A stretch of DNA of 64,000 bases. Source: Chiloscyllium plagiosum (taxonomy: Eukaryota). The position numbers and the translations under genes are program-made. Under the pieces are notes generated by a model, which made no database searches, had not been told where the DNA came from, and was given only the letters and a program-made list of their open reading frames with translations. Location of the stretch: positions 43,229,431-43,293,430 of the forward strand of contig NC_057728.1 in NCBI RefSeq assembly GCF_004010195.1. Direction: 5' to 3'. Positions 24,801 through 39,800 of the stretch are shown in pieces (the stretch's first letter is position 1; the number at the start of each line of letters is the position of its first letter).

Positions 24801-27800
24801 TAGGATGGAGGCCACATTATGTCTAAACTTTCCAGAATAGTTCACCAGCTCAAGGAAAGACCTAAGCTCTTGTACTGACATGGGAGCCAGGGCACCTTTG
24901 ATCGCTCTCACTGTATCTTCCAACAGATGTAACATGGTCTTGTTGACTCTGTAGCCCAAGTAGGTCACTTGGGATGCCTGAAACACACATCTTTCCCTTC
25001 TAAGTCAGCCCACCGAGGAGAAACATCTAAGGACGATGTCCAAGTGCTCCTTATTGGTCTTCTTTGTTATTAGCACATCATCTAGATAAATAGTGACCTG
25101 GGTTAAACCTTGTAAAATGTTGAATAAAGAACAAAGAACAATAAAGCACAGGAACAGACTCTTCAGCCCTCCAAGCCTACACTACTACATTTTGTCTTTC
25201 CATATTAAAACTGTCTTCACTTCAGGATCCATATCCCTCTATTCCCTTCCAATTCCAGGTGCATCTTGAATGCTGCTATTGCATCTGCTTCCACCATCTC
25301 CTCTAACAACGTGTACAAGGCACTCACTGCCCTTTGTATGACAAACCTATCTCGCACATCTTTCCAACTTGTCCTCTAGTTGAAATAATGTTCTGATGTA
25401 GCTTAATTTGTGGATGTTGGGATGATTGCTGCTGTAGTTCAATATTTGGTCCGTATGTGTTGTTTTCCTGTAGACGATGGTTTGAACTTCAAAATCAGAG
25501 CATTATTTCAATGAGCTAACACACACTGCAGCGCAAAGGAACTACACAAAGCAGAGGATAATCACCTAAACCGTATATTCAAAAAGAATGGTTACCCAAT
25601 GAACACAGTCCACCGATTTCTCAGTAACAAACCTAAACAAACAGACAAAATATGTCCAGAAACCCCAACCACTCTCCCCTAAATCAAAGACATCTCAGAA
25701 ATGACTGCCAGGCTACTGAAGCCCCCTGGTCTCATGGTAGCCTACAAACCCAACAACATGCTAAAACAGCAGCTAATGAACTTGAAAGACCCTATACAGA
25801 CAACAAACAAAAGTAATGTCACTTACAAAATACCATGAAAGAACAATAACAAACACTACATTGGACAAACAGGCAGAAAACTAGCCACCAGGATACATGA
25901 ACATCAACTAACCACAAAACAACATGACCCTCTCTCATTAGTATCCTTACATACAGATAAGGAAGGACACCACTTCGACTAGGACAATACATCCATCCTA
26001 GGACAAGTCAACAGAGACATGCATGTAAATTTCTAGAAGCATTGAGTTCCAATTGGAACTCAATCAACAAACACATCCAGTTAGACCCCCATCTACCATC
26101 CCCTGAGAAAAATAACAGGAAATTACATCACCAACCCAAAGAAACCAAAATATATAAATATATAAAGACAAACCAGGGAACTAAAAACCAGTGAGCCTGA
26201 CCTCAGTGGTGGGCAAGTTGTTGGAGGGAATCCTGAGGGACAGGATGTACATCTATTTGGAAAGGGATTAGGGATAGTCAGCATGGCTTTGTGCGTTGGA
26301 AATCATGTCTCACAAACTTGATTGAGTTTTTTGAAGTAACAAAGATGATTGAGGGCAGAGTAGTAGATGTGATCTATATGGACTTCAGTAAGGAGTTCAA
26401 CAAGGTTCCCCATGGGAGACTGATTAGCAAGGTTAGATCTCATGGAATAAAGGGAGAACTAGCCATTTGGATACAGAACTGGCTCAAAGATAGAAGACAG
26501 AGGGTGGTGGTGGAGGGTTGTTTTTCAGACTGGTCCTGTGACCAGTGGAGTGCCACAAGGATCGGTGCTGGGTCCTCTATGTTTTGTCATTTACATAAAT
26601 GATTTGGATGCTAGCATAAGAGGTATAGTTAGTAAGTTTGCAGATGACACCAAAATTGGAGGTGTAGTGGACAGCGGAGTACAGGAGTTGGGAGGTCATG
26701 TTGCGGCTGTACAGGACATTGGTTAGGCCACAGTTGGAATATTGCGTGCAATTCTGATCTCCTTCCTATTGGAAAGATGTTGTGAAACTTGAAAGGGTTC
26801 AGAAAAGATTTACAAGGATGTTGCCAGGGTTGGAGGATTGGAGCTATAGGGAGAGGCTGAACAGACTTGTGCTGTTTTCCCTGGAGTGTCGAAGGCTGAG
26901 GGGTGACCTTAGAGGTTTATAAAATCATGAGGGGCATGGATAGGATAAATAGACAAAGTATTTTCCCTGGGATCGGGGAGTCCAGAACTAGAGGGCATAG
27001 GTTTAGGGTGAGAGGGGAAAGAAACCAAAATATATAAATATATAAAGACAAGCTAGGGAACTATAGACTGGTGAGCCTGACCTCAGTGGTGGGTATGTTG
27101 TTGGAGGGAATCCTGAGGGATAGGGTGTACATGTATTTGGAAAGGCAAGGACTGATTAGGGATAGTCAACATGGCTTTGTGCGTGGGAAATCATGTCTCA
27201 AACTTTTTCATACAGAGGGTGGCACGTGTATGAAATGAGCTGCCAGAGGATGTGATGGAGGCTGGTGCAATTGCAACATTTAAGAGGCTAACATTTAAGA
27301 GGATGGGTATATGAATAGGAAGGGTTCGGAGGGATATGGGCCGGGTGCTGGCAGGTGGGACTAGATTGGGTTGGGATATCTGGTCGGTGTGGACAGGTTG
27401 GACCGAAGGGTCAGTTTCCGTGCTGTACATCTCTATGACTCTAAAAAGCAGGAATCATCAGCAGTGCTTCGGCCGGAGACCCACTGAAGATCTTATCTGG
27501 TAGGGTGACAAAACGTCTGGAAATGAATCTTCCAACTCAGTGGGCAAACCTACAGGTATGCAATATTCCAAGTGTGGCCTAACTAAAGTTCTAGAAAGCT
27601 GCAGCATAACTTGTCTATCTCTGTACTCAATGCCCCTTCCAATGAAGGCAAGCATGCCATTCACCTTTTCTACTGCCTTATCTATCTGTGCTGTCATCTT
27701 CAGTGATCTGTGGACCCATGTACCCAGATCCTTCTGCTTATCAATACCAATGCTTCTGCAATTCACTGTAATTTCTATCTGTACTTCACCTTCCAAAATG

Positions 27801-30800
27801 CATCAACTCATATTTGTCCAAATTAAACTCCACTTGCCATTTTTCTGCCCACTGCCTCCAACTGATCTATATTTTGATGTATCCTCTGACAATCCTCCTC
27901 ACTATCTGCAACTCCACCAATCTTTGTAACATCTGCAAACTTACTATTTAGACCAGCTACATTCTCCTCCAAATCATTATGTAGATCACGAACAGCAGAG
28001 GTCTCAGCACTGATCCTGTGGAACACCACTCGTCACAGCCCTCCATTCCAAAAAGCATCCTTCCAATGCTACGCTCTGTTTCCTATGACTAAGTAAGTTC
28101 TGTATCCATCTTGCCAACTCACTCCTGATGGCATTTGACTTCATATTTTGTACCAATCTGCCATAAGGGATCTTGTCACAGTTTTTACTGAAGTCCACAT
28201 AGACAACATCAACCCCTTTTACCTCAATCATCTTTGTCATCTCCTTAAAAACCTTGATCAAGTTAGTGAGGCACAACCTGCCCCACACAAAACCAGGCTG
28301 TCTCTCGCAAATAAGTCCATTTTCTTCTAAATGCATATAGATCTTGTCTCTGAGAATCTTTTCCAATAATTTCCCTACCACTGACATTAGACTCTCAGGC
28401 ATGTAATTTCCAGGATTATCGCTGCTACTCTTTTTAAACAGTAGGACAACACTGGCTATTCTCTATTGTCTGTTGAAAAATTGCACAGGCTGACAATATT
28501 CCAAATGACAGTCTTGTATTTTGATACAAACCCTTATGAGTATTAACTGTAGCATAAGTCTGGGAATCCTTGTCTAACTGAAATTGTAAGTACTCATGGT
28601 TCATGTCCAACTTCATGAAGGACAGCCTCCCCTGCTTCAAGCTTTACATATAAATCCTCTATGCCAGGGATAGGATATTTATTGAGTTGCAAAAAACAGT
28701 TTATCATTTGTTTAAAATCCCCACAAAGGTGAACTGATCCATCAGGCTTCACAATTGGTATGCCCGGTACTGGCCATTCTGCAAACTGGATTGGTTTGAT
28801 GATATCTGCACTGGGTAGGCCTTGCAGATCGGGGAATTCCTTCTTGGTTAACATGCAAGGTGGCCTTGATTCCTTTGATATCCCGAGATCTTCCTGAAAA
28901 TCTTCTGGGTATTTAATTAGGCAGGTATTTTCTAACTGAAAAATATTGAGCCAATCTTCCTCATTTTGCCCCATCAAGCTAGGGCCCAAGTCATTTACCA
29001 CAATCAGTGAGAACTGAATCAGCTGCTTCTCATAAGATTACAAAATCAAAGTTACATCATTAACTTATAAAGGTTCCCTGGTGTAAGTCCTTAATCTAGT
29101 TGAGATCTTGCACAAACTTAATGATTGATGTCCAGACCGAATTTTGTTAAAGACTGGTTCTGTGTTCACTGCAAAGTCTGTGCCATTGACTTCCATTAGA
29201 ATTGGGTGACCATTTAACCAGGTGTTTATTTACATTGGTTTGGATTTGGATGTTGCTAAGCAATTTAATTGCTCCAAACTAGATGTAGCTGGACTTTCCC
29301 GGGTGTGCACTCTCCTGGATACTGACCTATAAGTTCTCTTACTCAATTTAGATCTAGTGGTAATCTTTTGCTGTCTTGAGTCTACATACGGGCAGCAACT
29401 ACAATGGCTTACCTACCTGGATCTTGAAGAAAATTTTAACCATTTAGCTGAGACTTTGGATTTTGGAGTTTGGCTTTGGGTTGATCTCAAGTCTCTGTTC
29501 AGGATATGTCCTGAGTCAGGCTCTGCAATTGCCTTTACTCAAGTGGTATTCCCCAAGCTTATTCAGAATATGCTGCAACTCATCTACTCCACTTGCCGCA
29601 TTTTACAATGATAAAGCTAGTTCTAGTTTGAAGTCCAGTTGGGCCTCAGTAGTAAGTGCTTTTGCATAGTTATTTCATTAATCACACCTACAGCATCTCA
29701 TTAAAGGTTAAATCAAAATTATACATCTCTGCCAGTCATCTTAACCTAATCAAAAATCTCCAAATGATTCCCCAGTTCACAAACTGCTGAGTCAAAGCAA
29801 TAGCATCTTAAAATTAGAGGTGTGTTGGGGTCATAATATTCCTGAACCAAATCTCTCAACTCTTGAAAGGTTTTAATATCTGTTGCCTCATTGAAAGTCA
29901 GGCTCATAATTACTAAAAAAAGTTGCAGGTCCACAAGCTGTCAGAATTACTCATTGCTTTTCATCAGCCCCAATGTCATCTGCCTGGAAAATATTCTTTC
30001 CACATACTGGACCTAGTCTTCGATGGTAGGATCGAATGAGTCAAGCTTTGCAAATAATGGCATGATGCCAGAAATGCTTACCCCAAGTCAAAGATGACTG
30101 TTGCAAGCGAATTTATTCAGGACACTTTTTTTTCTCTCGTCACTACTGAAATAACTCCACTGAGGTCAGTATCCCATCACCATTTATTTGCACATGAAGA
30201 GTCCTTGATGCTGATCCACCTCTCTCAGAGCCAGTTCTCAGAGTAACAGATTCTCTGACACACCTGTTTATATCTGTCAGCCAAGGGTCCATGATTGGAC
30301 CAGATTAATAGCCCAGTCAAGAACTGATATTGTCCATCTAGCTGACCTCATTACAATCACTATTGGCGACACTGGCTAGGCCAGCATTTGTTGCCTAGAG
30401 GGCAGTTAAGAGTTAACCACATTCTGTGGGTCTAGAGTCACATATAGGTCAGACCAGGTAAGGACAGCAGTTTCCTTCCCTAAAGGATATTAGTGATTGT
30501 CACATTTTCCTTCTGCTGATAAATCAGTACTCCTGCATGTTGAACAACACTTGGAGGAAGTACTAGGGGTAACAAGGGTGAAAAATGTACTCTAGGTAGC
30601 GGATTTCAATGTCCACCATGAAGAGTGGCTCAGCAACAGCACTGCTGATTGAGCTTGTCTGGTCCTAAAGGATCCAACTGCTAGTCTGAGTCTGCAGCAG
30701 GTGGTGAGGAAACCAAGAAGAGGAAAAGCATACCTGACTTCATCCTTACCAATCTGCCTGCTACAAGTGCATCTGTCTGTGACAGTATCAGTAAGAGTGA

Positions 30801-33800
30801 CCTTCCGTACAGTATTTGTGGATACAAAGCCCTATCTTCACATTTAGAATACCATCCATCATGTTGTGTGGCACTATTGCCATTATAAAACAGATTTTGA
30901 ACAGATATAGCAACTGAAGACTGGGCATCAATGAGGTGCTGGGGACCATCAACACAGCAAACAGTGCTCTGGCACAATCTGCAACCTCTTCGCTTAGCAT
31001 ATAACCATTCAGCCATTACCATAATGCCAGGAGATCAACCCTGAATCCATAGATAGTGCAGGAGAGAATGCCCAGAGCAGTACCAGGCATAAAAATAGGT
31101 TGTCAACCTGAAGTTACAAAACATGACTACTTACATGCAAGACAGCATAAGCAGCAAGTGATAAACAGAGCTAAGTGATCCAACAACCAATGGATCCGAT
31201 CTAAGCTCTATTGTCCTGCCACATCTGGTGGACAATGAAACAACTCAATGATAGAAGAGTCCAGCATATCAGTGCAAAAGATAAGGCTGAAGTATTCACA
31301 GCAATCTTCAACCAGAAGTGCCATGTGGGTGATCCATCTTGGCTTCCTCCAGTAGTCTCCAGCATCATACACGCACCACTCTTTGCATGAAAAAGCTACC
31401 CCTTAGGTCCCTTTCAATTCTTTCCCCCCTCACCCGAAACCTATGTCCTCTATTTCTGGATGGCCCCACTGTAGGAAAAGACCTTGTCTATTTACCCTAT
31501 TCATGCCCCTCATGATCTTATAAACCTCTATCAGGTCACCACTCAGCTCCGATGCTCCAGGGAAAACAGACCCAAGCTATTCAGCCTCTCCCTATAGCTC
31601 CAACGCTGGTAACATCCTTGCACACAATACAGGTAACCCGCGATCTGAAACTAGAGTGTTCCTAGGAAACCTTTCGTAAACCGGAAATGGCAGAAAGCGA
31701 AGGTGCATGATTTATATGGGAAATAGTATCGCCAGTTTTCGTAAAAACAAAAATCCTCTTTGGATTGCGAAAACAGGTACTAATGTAGGTCTTTTGTAAA
31801 AGCGAAATTGCGTAAAGTGAACGTTCAAAAAGTGGGGGATACCTGTATTCCAAAAGTTGCCTAACCAACATCCTGTACAGCTGCAACATGACCTCCTAAC
31901 TCCTCTACTCAATGCACTGACCAATAAAGGAAAGTATACTAAACAACTTCTTCATTATCCTATCTACCTATTACTCCACTTTCAATGAACTATGAACCTG
32001 CACTCTCTTTGTTCAGTAACACTCCCTTGGACTTTATCGTTAAGTGTATAAGTCCTACCCAGATTTGGCTTTCCAAAATGCAGCATGTTACATTTATCTA
32101 AATTAAACTCCATCTGCCACTCCTCAGCCCATTGGCCCATTTGATCAAGATCCCTGTGTACTCTGAGGTAACCTTCTTCGCTGTACATTACACCTTCAAT
32201 TTTGGTGTCACGTGCAAACTTACTAACCATATGTCCTATGTTCACATCCAAATCATTTCTATCAATGATGAAAACCAGTGGATCTAGCATCGATCCTTGT
32301 GGCACACCACTGGTCACAGCAGGTCAGGCAGCATCCAAGGAGCAGGAGAATCGACATTTCGGGCATAAGCCCTTCTTCAGGAAGCCCGAAACGTCGATTC
32401 TCCTGCTCCTTGGATGCTGCCTGACCTGCTGCGTTTTTCCAGCAACACATTTTTCAGCTTTGATCTCCAGCATCTGCAGTCTTCACTTTCACCACTGGTC
32501 ACAGGCCTCCAGCCTGAACAACAACTTTCCGTCACTACTCTCTGTCTTCTCCCTTTGTGCCAGTTTCAAATGGCTAGTTCTCCCTGTATTCCATGTGATC
32601 TAACCTTGCTAACCAGTGTACCATGAGGAACCTTGTCAAATGCCTTACTAAAGTCCATATAGATCATGTCCACCACTCTGCCCTCATCAATCCTCTTCAT
32701 CACTTCTTCAAAAAACTCAATCAAGATCATGAGACATGACTTCCCAAGCACAAGCCATGTTGACTATCCCTAATCAGTGCTTGCTTATCAAAATGCATGG
32801 AAATCCTGTCCCTGAGGATTCCCTGTACAACTTACCCACACCAATGTCAGCCTCACCAGTCTAAAGTTCTTTGTGTTTTCCTTACCTCCTCTGTTAAATA
32901 GTGGCACCATGTTAACCAACTTCAGACTTTTGGCACCTCACCTGTAACTATTGATGATACAAATGTCTCAGCAAGGGGCCCAGCAATTACTTCATCTTCC
33001 AGGTGAATCAACAATTTACCTGCAATTTACTCCCATTCACTGTTCACAATGTGGTCCTTGCTTTAGGGAGATGAAACACAGACTGGATGTTTGTGGAACA
33101 CCTACAATCGGTCCACAAAAATGACCTCAAGCTTCCATTTCCTGGCCATTTTAACAAACCACCGTATTCCCTGGCCCACATTTCTGTCTTGAAGCCACTG
33201 CAGTGCCCAGTGAGGCACTTTCCTGTCCATGTAAGATTGATCCAACTTTTCCAATTTTTCTTCACAACTGAACTGTTTCATTCCCGGAACCATTCTCGTA
33301 AACCTCTTCTGCACGATCTCAAATGCGTTCATATCCTTCCTATAGTAGGTGCTCTGAAAAGTACACAGTCCTCCAGCTGAGGTCCAACCAGCATCTTACA
33401 TAAATTCATCATAATCTTCCTCATCTTGTATGCTACGCCCCAGTTAATGAATCCAAGAATCCTGTATTTTTGAGCTTTAGAAATAGCTCCCTGCGCCTTT
33501 CCTGCCACCTTTAATGCTTATGTACACTTACAATTAGGTCTTTCTGTTCCTGCACATCATTTGGAAAAGTGCCCTTTCTTTTATTCAATCTCTCCATGTT
33601 CCTTATATCCAACTATATCACCTCATATTTCTCTACTTTGAAATTCATCTACCACCTCTCTACCAATGCCAACAATACATAAATGTCTTTTTGAGTTTGT
33701 ATTTTGTCCTCTTTGGAGTTTACAATTCTCCCAAGTATTGCATTCTCTACAAACTTTGAAATTGCCTCCATGCATCAAGATCTGGATCATTTATATGTAA

Positions 33801-36800
33801 CAGGGAAAGCAAGAGATCCAATATTGACCCTCAGAAACTTCATCACAACCTTTCTTCCAGCCTGAAAAATACCTCTGCTTCCTAATATTGAGCCAATTTT
33901 GTATTCGTGTTGGTACTATTCCTCCACGATCTGTAACTTTCCTTACCACCCTGTTGTGTAGCACTGGAAGGAAGACTTTTTGGAAGCCTGTGTACACTAC
34001 ATCATTAGCCTTGCATTAATCAATCCTCCCTGTTATCCTTTCAGAAAACTCCAGCAAGTTAGACATGACATTTCCTCAAGAAGTCCACACTATCTATCCC
34101 AACTCTACCCACATTTTTCTATGTGAATATTAATTCTACCTTCAGTGATTATTTCCAGAGGTTATCCCCATCACTGAAGTTAAACTGGTCTGTAACTGCT
34201 GCACTAATTTTTACAACCTTTGTTTTGAACAAAGGTTTGATATTTGCAATTTTCCAATCCTCTGGCACCAACCCCAAAACTAAGGAGATTGAAAGTTTAT
34301 CCCAGTGCCTCAGCAATTTCTAGTCTCACTTCCTTTAATATCCTTTGCTGCATCTTATCCTGTCCTAGTGCCTAACCAATTAGAAGTATTGACATTGTAT
34401 CCAATATATCCTTATCCATTTTAAACCCTTCTAGTGACAGCATTTCTTCATGTGTTACCATAGTCTCGGCAGCATCTGCTTTGCAGGTAAAGATAGTTGC
34501 AAGCATACTTTTAATACATCAGCCATGCCTCTTGCCTCCATGTAAATCCATGTAATAATTTGGTCTTTAAATATCCCAATTCCTCCTTTTACCATACTTT
34601 TACCATTCCTGTGCTGATAAGTACTTAATGTAATTAAGTAATTAATTCATTAATTAATGTAAGTCTTCTACATTAACTGCCAGTCATATATTCATAATCT
34701 CTCTCTGCTTCTCATGCTTGGGAGAAATTGGTGTGCTTACAGGCACTTCTGAGTACACAACTTCTTCCAAACATCCAAAAACTTCCAAACATTCAACACC
34801 ACTTTCTGATGATTTGTTTGACATTTCACAGGACCTCCAAAAACTCAGTGTACTTCCACATTAGGATCAATAAGTAAACAGTTTAAAGTAACTCAACCAT
34901 AAGTTGGATGTGATGCCTTTAAAATAGAGCTGGCAAGAGATGCTACTGAATGCATACTCAGCTGTGCATATTTAAGAGAAAGTACTGACTAGAGTAGCAG
35001 GGTTCAAAAAGTCAGATCAGCTGTCAAAACCGAATTAGACTTTGAGTATGTCACAATATGTGCATACTGCATGCCTCTGGTTCATATATTACTAATCATA
35101 TTTTAAGCCAGTGTCAATCTTGATTTGTTGGGTATCTGAAGCAGCAATACTAAAAGTAAGGTGTATTGTACATTGCCTTCCATTCAATTTTATATTTAAA
35201 TAAGGAACCCACTTTATTATTTCACCATTCTGTGTGTGTGACTGGTAGATTTATATATGAGAAAATACTATAACACATGCTATTGCATTCTAAAACATGG
35301 CAATTAATGCAGGGCCACTCTGGAAATGCACAAGAGCAATTAATATTTTTAACCTTAACTGGGTCCTGTGGTGCTGAACTACCAGAATGACAGAGGCATT
35401 CACTCAGAAATTCACTTGGTGTATTTTTCGCTCAGAAATTCACATGAAATTACTTTAGAATGAAATCAAGATGTAATATTGTGTTACAATTCTTGAACAG
35501 TTTTAAAAAAGACAGTATGTTGGAATTTACATGTTACTTGTTTATATTATTAATATGTTTTAATTAACACTATTGCCATATACTGCCAGATCAAGAATGG
35601 CAAAAGCCAGGTACTCAGTACCTACATCTCAGATTCAAATCAACCAAACCTGGATGAATAATTGCACGACCCACTCTGATCTCCTTCTTGAGAAAACATG
35701 CCCATTTAATTATTGTGTGTGAATAAGAGAAATATTGCCTGAGAACCTTCAATAGCAGAAATTCTTTAAGTAACAACAGAGCAGAAGTATATAGGTCTGA
35801 ATCAAATTTAGATATCAGAAACAAAACGTCTGTAAAACTAACACATTATCCTATTTTAAAGCTGCAATATTTTCCAATAAATAAGAGTGAAATTGCTACT
35901 TTAAAATCAAACAAAGAAAAATTATCTTTAGGGTAAATGAAATTGGGCTACGTTTACCTGTGTGTTTTGAGTGGGAATTTGAAGTATTAAAGCCAAACTG
36001 CTATAATCAAAGTTTTCATCCAAGGCTAGGAGTGCTCCATGAACACCACTTTCCATCAGGTTGTTTGCATAGTCTCGAAGGCCAATGGACAGTATCCACC
36101 TGATGACACGGTCATTGCTCCACACTATTGCATCTGAAGAATGTGAAACTATAAAATGAGCATGAACTTTCTTTTCTTAGATTTTAATAACATCAAGTTC
36201 TTAACTTATAGGGTACAATCTCTTCTGTTCCAATTTATACTGCAAAAAAATTGATACCCTGATTATCAAATGCTTTAATTTTTTTCTTTGACTTTGTTAT
36301 ATCACAATATGCAATGAACTAGTCTTCTCTGATGCTAAAACTTTATTCAAATATTCCAGAGATTCTAATAAATGCATTACAGTCATATAAAATCATAGAA
36401 TACCTACAGTGCTGAAAGAAGCCATTTGGCCTATCGAGTCGGCACCGACCCTCCAAAGAGCATCCCCTTCAGACCCAGCTCCCCCCCCAATCCTATCCCT
36501 CTAACCTCACATTTACCATGGCTAACTGCACATCTTTGGACTGTGGGAGGAAACTGAAGCACTTGGCAGAAACCAATGCAAACATGGGGAGAATGCCACA
36601 TAGACAATCATCCAAGGCTGGAATAAAACTTGGGCCTCTGGCATTGTGAGGCAGCAGTGCCAACCACTGAGATATTCCTTAAAAGAGACAAATGGCAAAA
36701 TCAGCAATTTGGCTAGTAAATTTTATAAGTAGTTATGCATGTTCAACTGACAAATACAAGATAATGTCAGAGAAGTAGATTTTGGGCACAGCCAAACTTG

Positions 36801-39800
36801 GTACTTCATGTGTTCAAGCTGTAAGGCTTTTAATCCTATCTTCATGCTCAGCATTCACTACTAATTGCATCTCTGTAGACAGCTCAGTCAAATCAAAATA
36901 TCAATAACATATCACCTATCTCAGGATGCAGGAAATGGAGTGAGTTACAGGCATGATTGTCACTTCCATGAACCAGAATTTGTCAGAAAATTGCAGATGG
37001 AATGCAGCAGGGTGGGTAAATGGCAAATACTGAGTCACTACCATGGTACTCAGTGTTATACCTCATTACTGAGAATTTACCAGCTGTGGGGGGAGGTGTC
37101 ACGCTTATCTGTAGGCCCTGTGGCCATCATAAAATTCATGCTGCTTCTGAATTCATAAAAACTTCAAATGTAACTTACCTCAGTCCTGATCTTGGTCACT
37201 CTTATTTGGTGCCTAATTTCACCAAAATGTCCCTCAACAAGAACTACATCCTGAATATTCCAGATATGGGAAAACACCTTCAATCCAACTGAAGTCACTG
37301 ATGTACTTTGGGTTCCTGAGGAAGTCCCAACATACGCACATCTACATGACTCATGCAGGAATTTAAACGACTAATGCCGGATTTCCTCTGCCTAGTAGAC
37401 GTCATGATTTCTATGACTGTGATCAGATAGGCAGAACAATGGAGACATGCAGTATTTACACTACATTTAGCCAGATTACTGCACAAATTCTGCACAATTA
37501 CTTAGAATTTTACATAGCCAATATAAAATGGAATTCTAAGTAAATCAATTGGGCTGTCAAGCACAAAGGCAACCATATACATCCTGCCATGTTCAATTCC
37601 CTCCCAGCCATGTTACTGTCTCTCCTGGCAATGTTATTCCCAGCTTAGATGTCTTCACTCCCAACACCAATAGAGTTCAATACCTCAACTCTTTGACATC
37701 TCCAACATTACTCACCCATTCCCTCACCAGAAAATGCTCAACCCTCCCGGAAACTCCTGATATACAGTACTTTCTGGAATTTCTGACTTAAGTCTGGCTG
37801 ATGTGAGAAGAGTCAGCATTGGTGAAGTGTGCAGAGGGATAAAGAGAGTTCAGCAGTTTTTTGAGGTGAAGAGGGATGAACAGTGTCACTGAATGAAGGT
37901 GAGCATGAGATTGTAGATGGCTGGGTTGGGGGGTATTATCAATGAGTGGAATCTTATAGGAGTCTGACTGATATAGGCTGTGGTGAGAAATGTGGCAGTA
38001 TCTGGCAAGAAGTAAAGTCAGGCCGATTTCAACACTGGAAGCATGCTGCTCCATCTTTTATGCTTTTGACTAGTAGTGTGGTGTTTTTTTCATTAGGCAG
38101 TGGCAATTTGCCTGATTAGTGGACCAACTTTACTCATGATTATTCAGAGTCCTATCTTACCAAACATGCTAAACATGTTGATGCTGAGAAACTCGACATG
38201 GAAATGAGAGTGGGTACCTGGCAACTTCAGGCAGAAGTGGGTACTGCAGATGCTGGAGATTAGAGTCAAGATTAGAGTGGTACTGGAAAAGCACAGCAGG
38301 TCAGGCAGCATCCGAGGAGCAGGAAGATCGTTGTTTCGGGCAAAGGCCCTTCATCAGGAAACATGCTTCCTGATGAAGGGTTTTTGCCCGAAACATTGAT
38401 TTTCCTGCTCCTCGGATCTGCCTGACCTGCTATGCTTTTCCAGCACCTCTCTAACCTTGACCTGGCAACCTCAGCTTGTTGCTTGATCCGAAGAACCTCT
38501 ATGTTGCTTAGGTCCAAAATGCATCTCAGGGCATGATTCAAGGGCAACAGCCACACATATTCTTCATCCAATGACACTGGCAGACAGAAGTTGCCAACTT
38601 CTCATGGCCTTTATAAAACTCTCCAATCCACTTGCAGGTCATTCAAGAAGGACAACATTGCATTGCAGGGTGCACTAGCAACTCATATTAAATAGCTGCA
38701 GCAAAGTCACTTTACACAGATGGACATGCACTCAGTTCACAGATTGGACCAGGCTGGATTGCAGGACAGCTCATTTTCTCCCAAAGTGCTCGCTCACTTA
38801 GCACCTACCTGCATTCTTGCAACATCACACCTTATCAATTGTTTCATGTTAGCTAGCCAATCTTCTAAGTGAGGGATCATGAGCTTTTATTGCCCAAACA
38901 ACCTTTGCTGTGGTATCTAATCAAATGGCTTCTGGAAATTTGTAGTACATCCACCATTCCCCTCTATCCAATGCATATATTACATCGTCAAATAACTCAA
39001 AATAAATTGGTTAATCATGATTTCACAAAACCATGTTGATTCTACCTGATTACCTTGAACTTTTCCAAGTGCCCTGCTATAATATCTTTAACAGTAGCTT
39101 CTAACACTTTCCCAAAAAACAAAGAACAAAATCAATACTGCACAGGAACAGGCCTTTTAGCCCTACAAGCCTGTGCCAACACATTTTAACCTTCCATACT
39201 AAGACTGTTGTCACTTAGAGGATCTGTATCTCTGTAATCCCTTCCAATTTACATATTCATCCAGGTGCTTCTTGAATGCGGTGATTGTGTCTGCTTCCAC
39301 CACCTCCTGCGTGTTCCATGCACTCACCACCCTTTGCACATCTTTTTAAAACGCCCCTCCTCACACGCTTAACCTGCGTCCCCTAGTAATTGAATCCTCA
39401 ACTCTGGGAAAAAGCTTAATTCTTCCAACTCTATCCATGCCATTCACAATCTTATAAACTTCTGTCAGGTTGCCCCTCAACCTCCTGTGTTTCAGTGAAA
39501 ACAAACCCAGTCTATCCAACTTTTCTTCATAGCTAAAATCCCCCATACTAGGCAACAACCTGGTAAACCTTTCTGTATCCTCTCCAAAGCATCTACAACC
39601 TTCTGGTAGTATGGTGACCAGAACTGTATGCAATATTCCAAGTGTGGCCTAACTAAAGTTCCATAATGCTGCAGCATAAGTTGCCTAACTGTGTACTCAA
39701 TGCCACTTCCAATGAAGGCAAGTATGCTGTATGCTTTTTCTACTGCCTTATCTATCTTTGCTGTGATCTGTGGACCTGCACATCCGGATTCTTCTGCATA

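Larger units (their letters stand above)
25122..28456 (-). mobile_element. 5'-truncated CR1 (pieces 27557-28456 and 25122-25379) inserted in the Gypsy RT
   Basis: RT ORFs 28004..28402, 27823..28029 and 27458..27796; aagaacaa tail at 25125-25145. Confidence 0.82.
23900..30363 (-). mobile_element. Degenerate Gypsy LTR retrotransposon (probable 5' LTR about 30145-30363, gag, pol), interrupted at 25122-28456
   Basis: [26 protein letters not shown] (28594..29001); [19 protein letters not shown] (28434..28640); YLDD at 25077-25088; VTYLGY..ELRSFL..NY (24738..24986). Confidence 0.85.
31370..32992 (-). mobile_element. CR1 RT/3' region with nested MITE and Penelope hairpin
   Basis: ORFs 32566..32751, 31982..32317 and 31662..31889. 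Confidence 0.85.
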
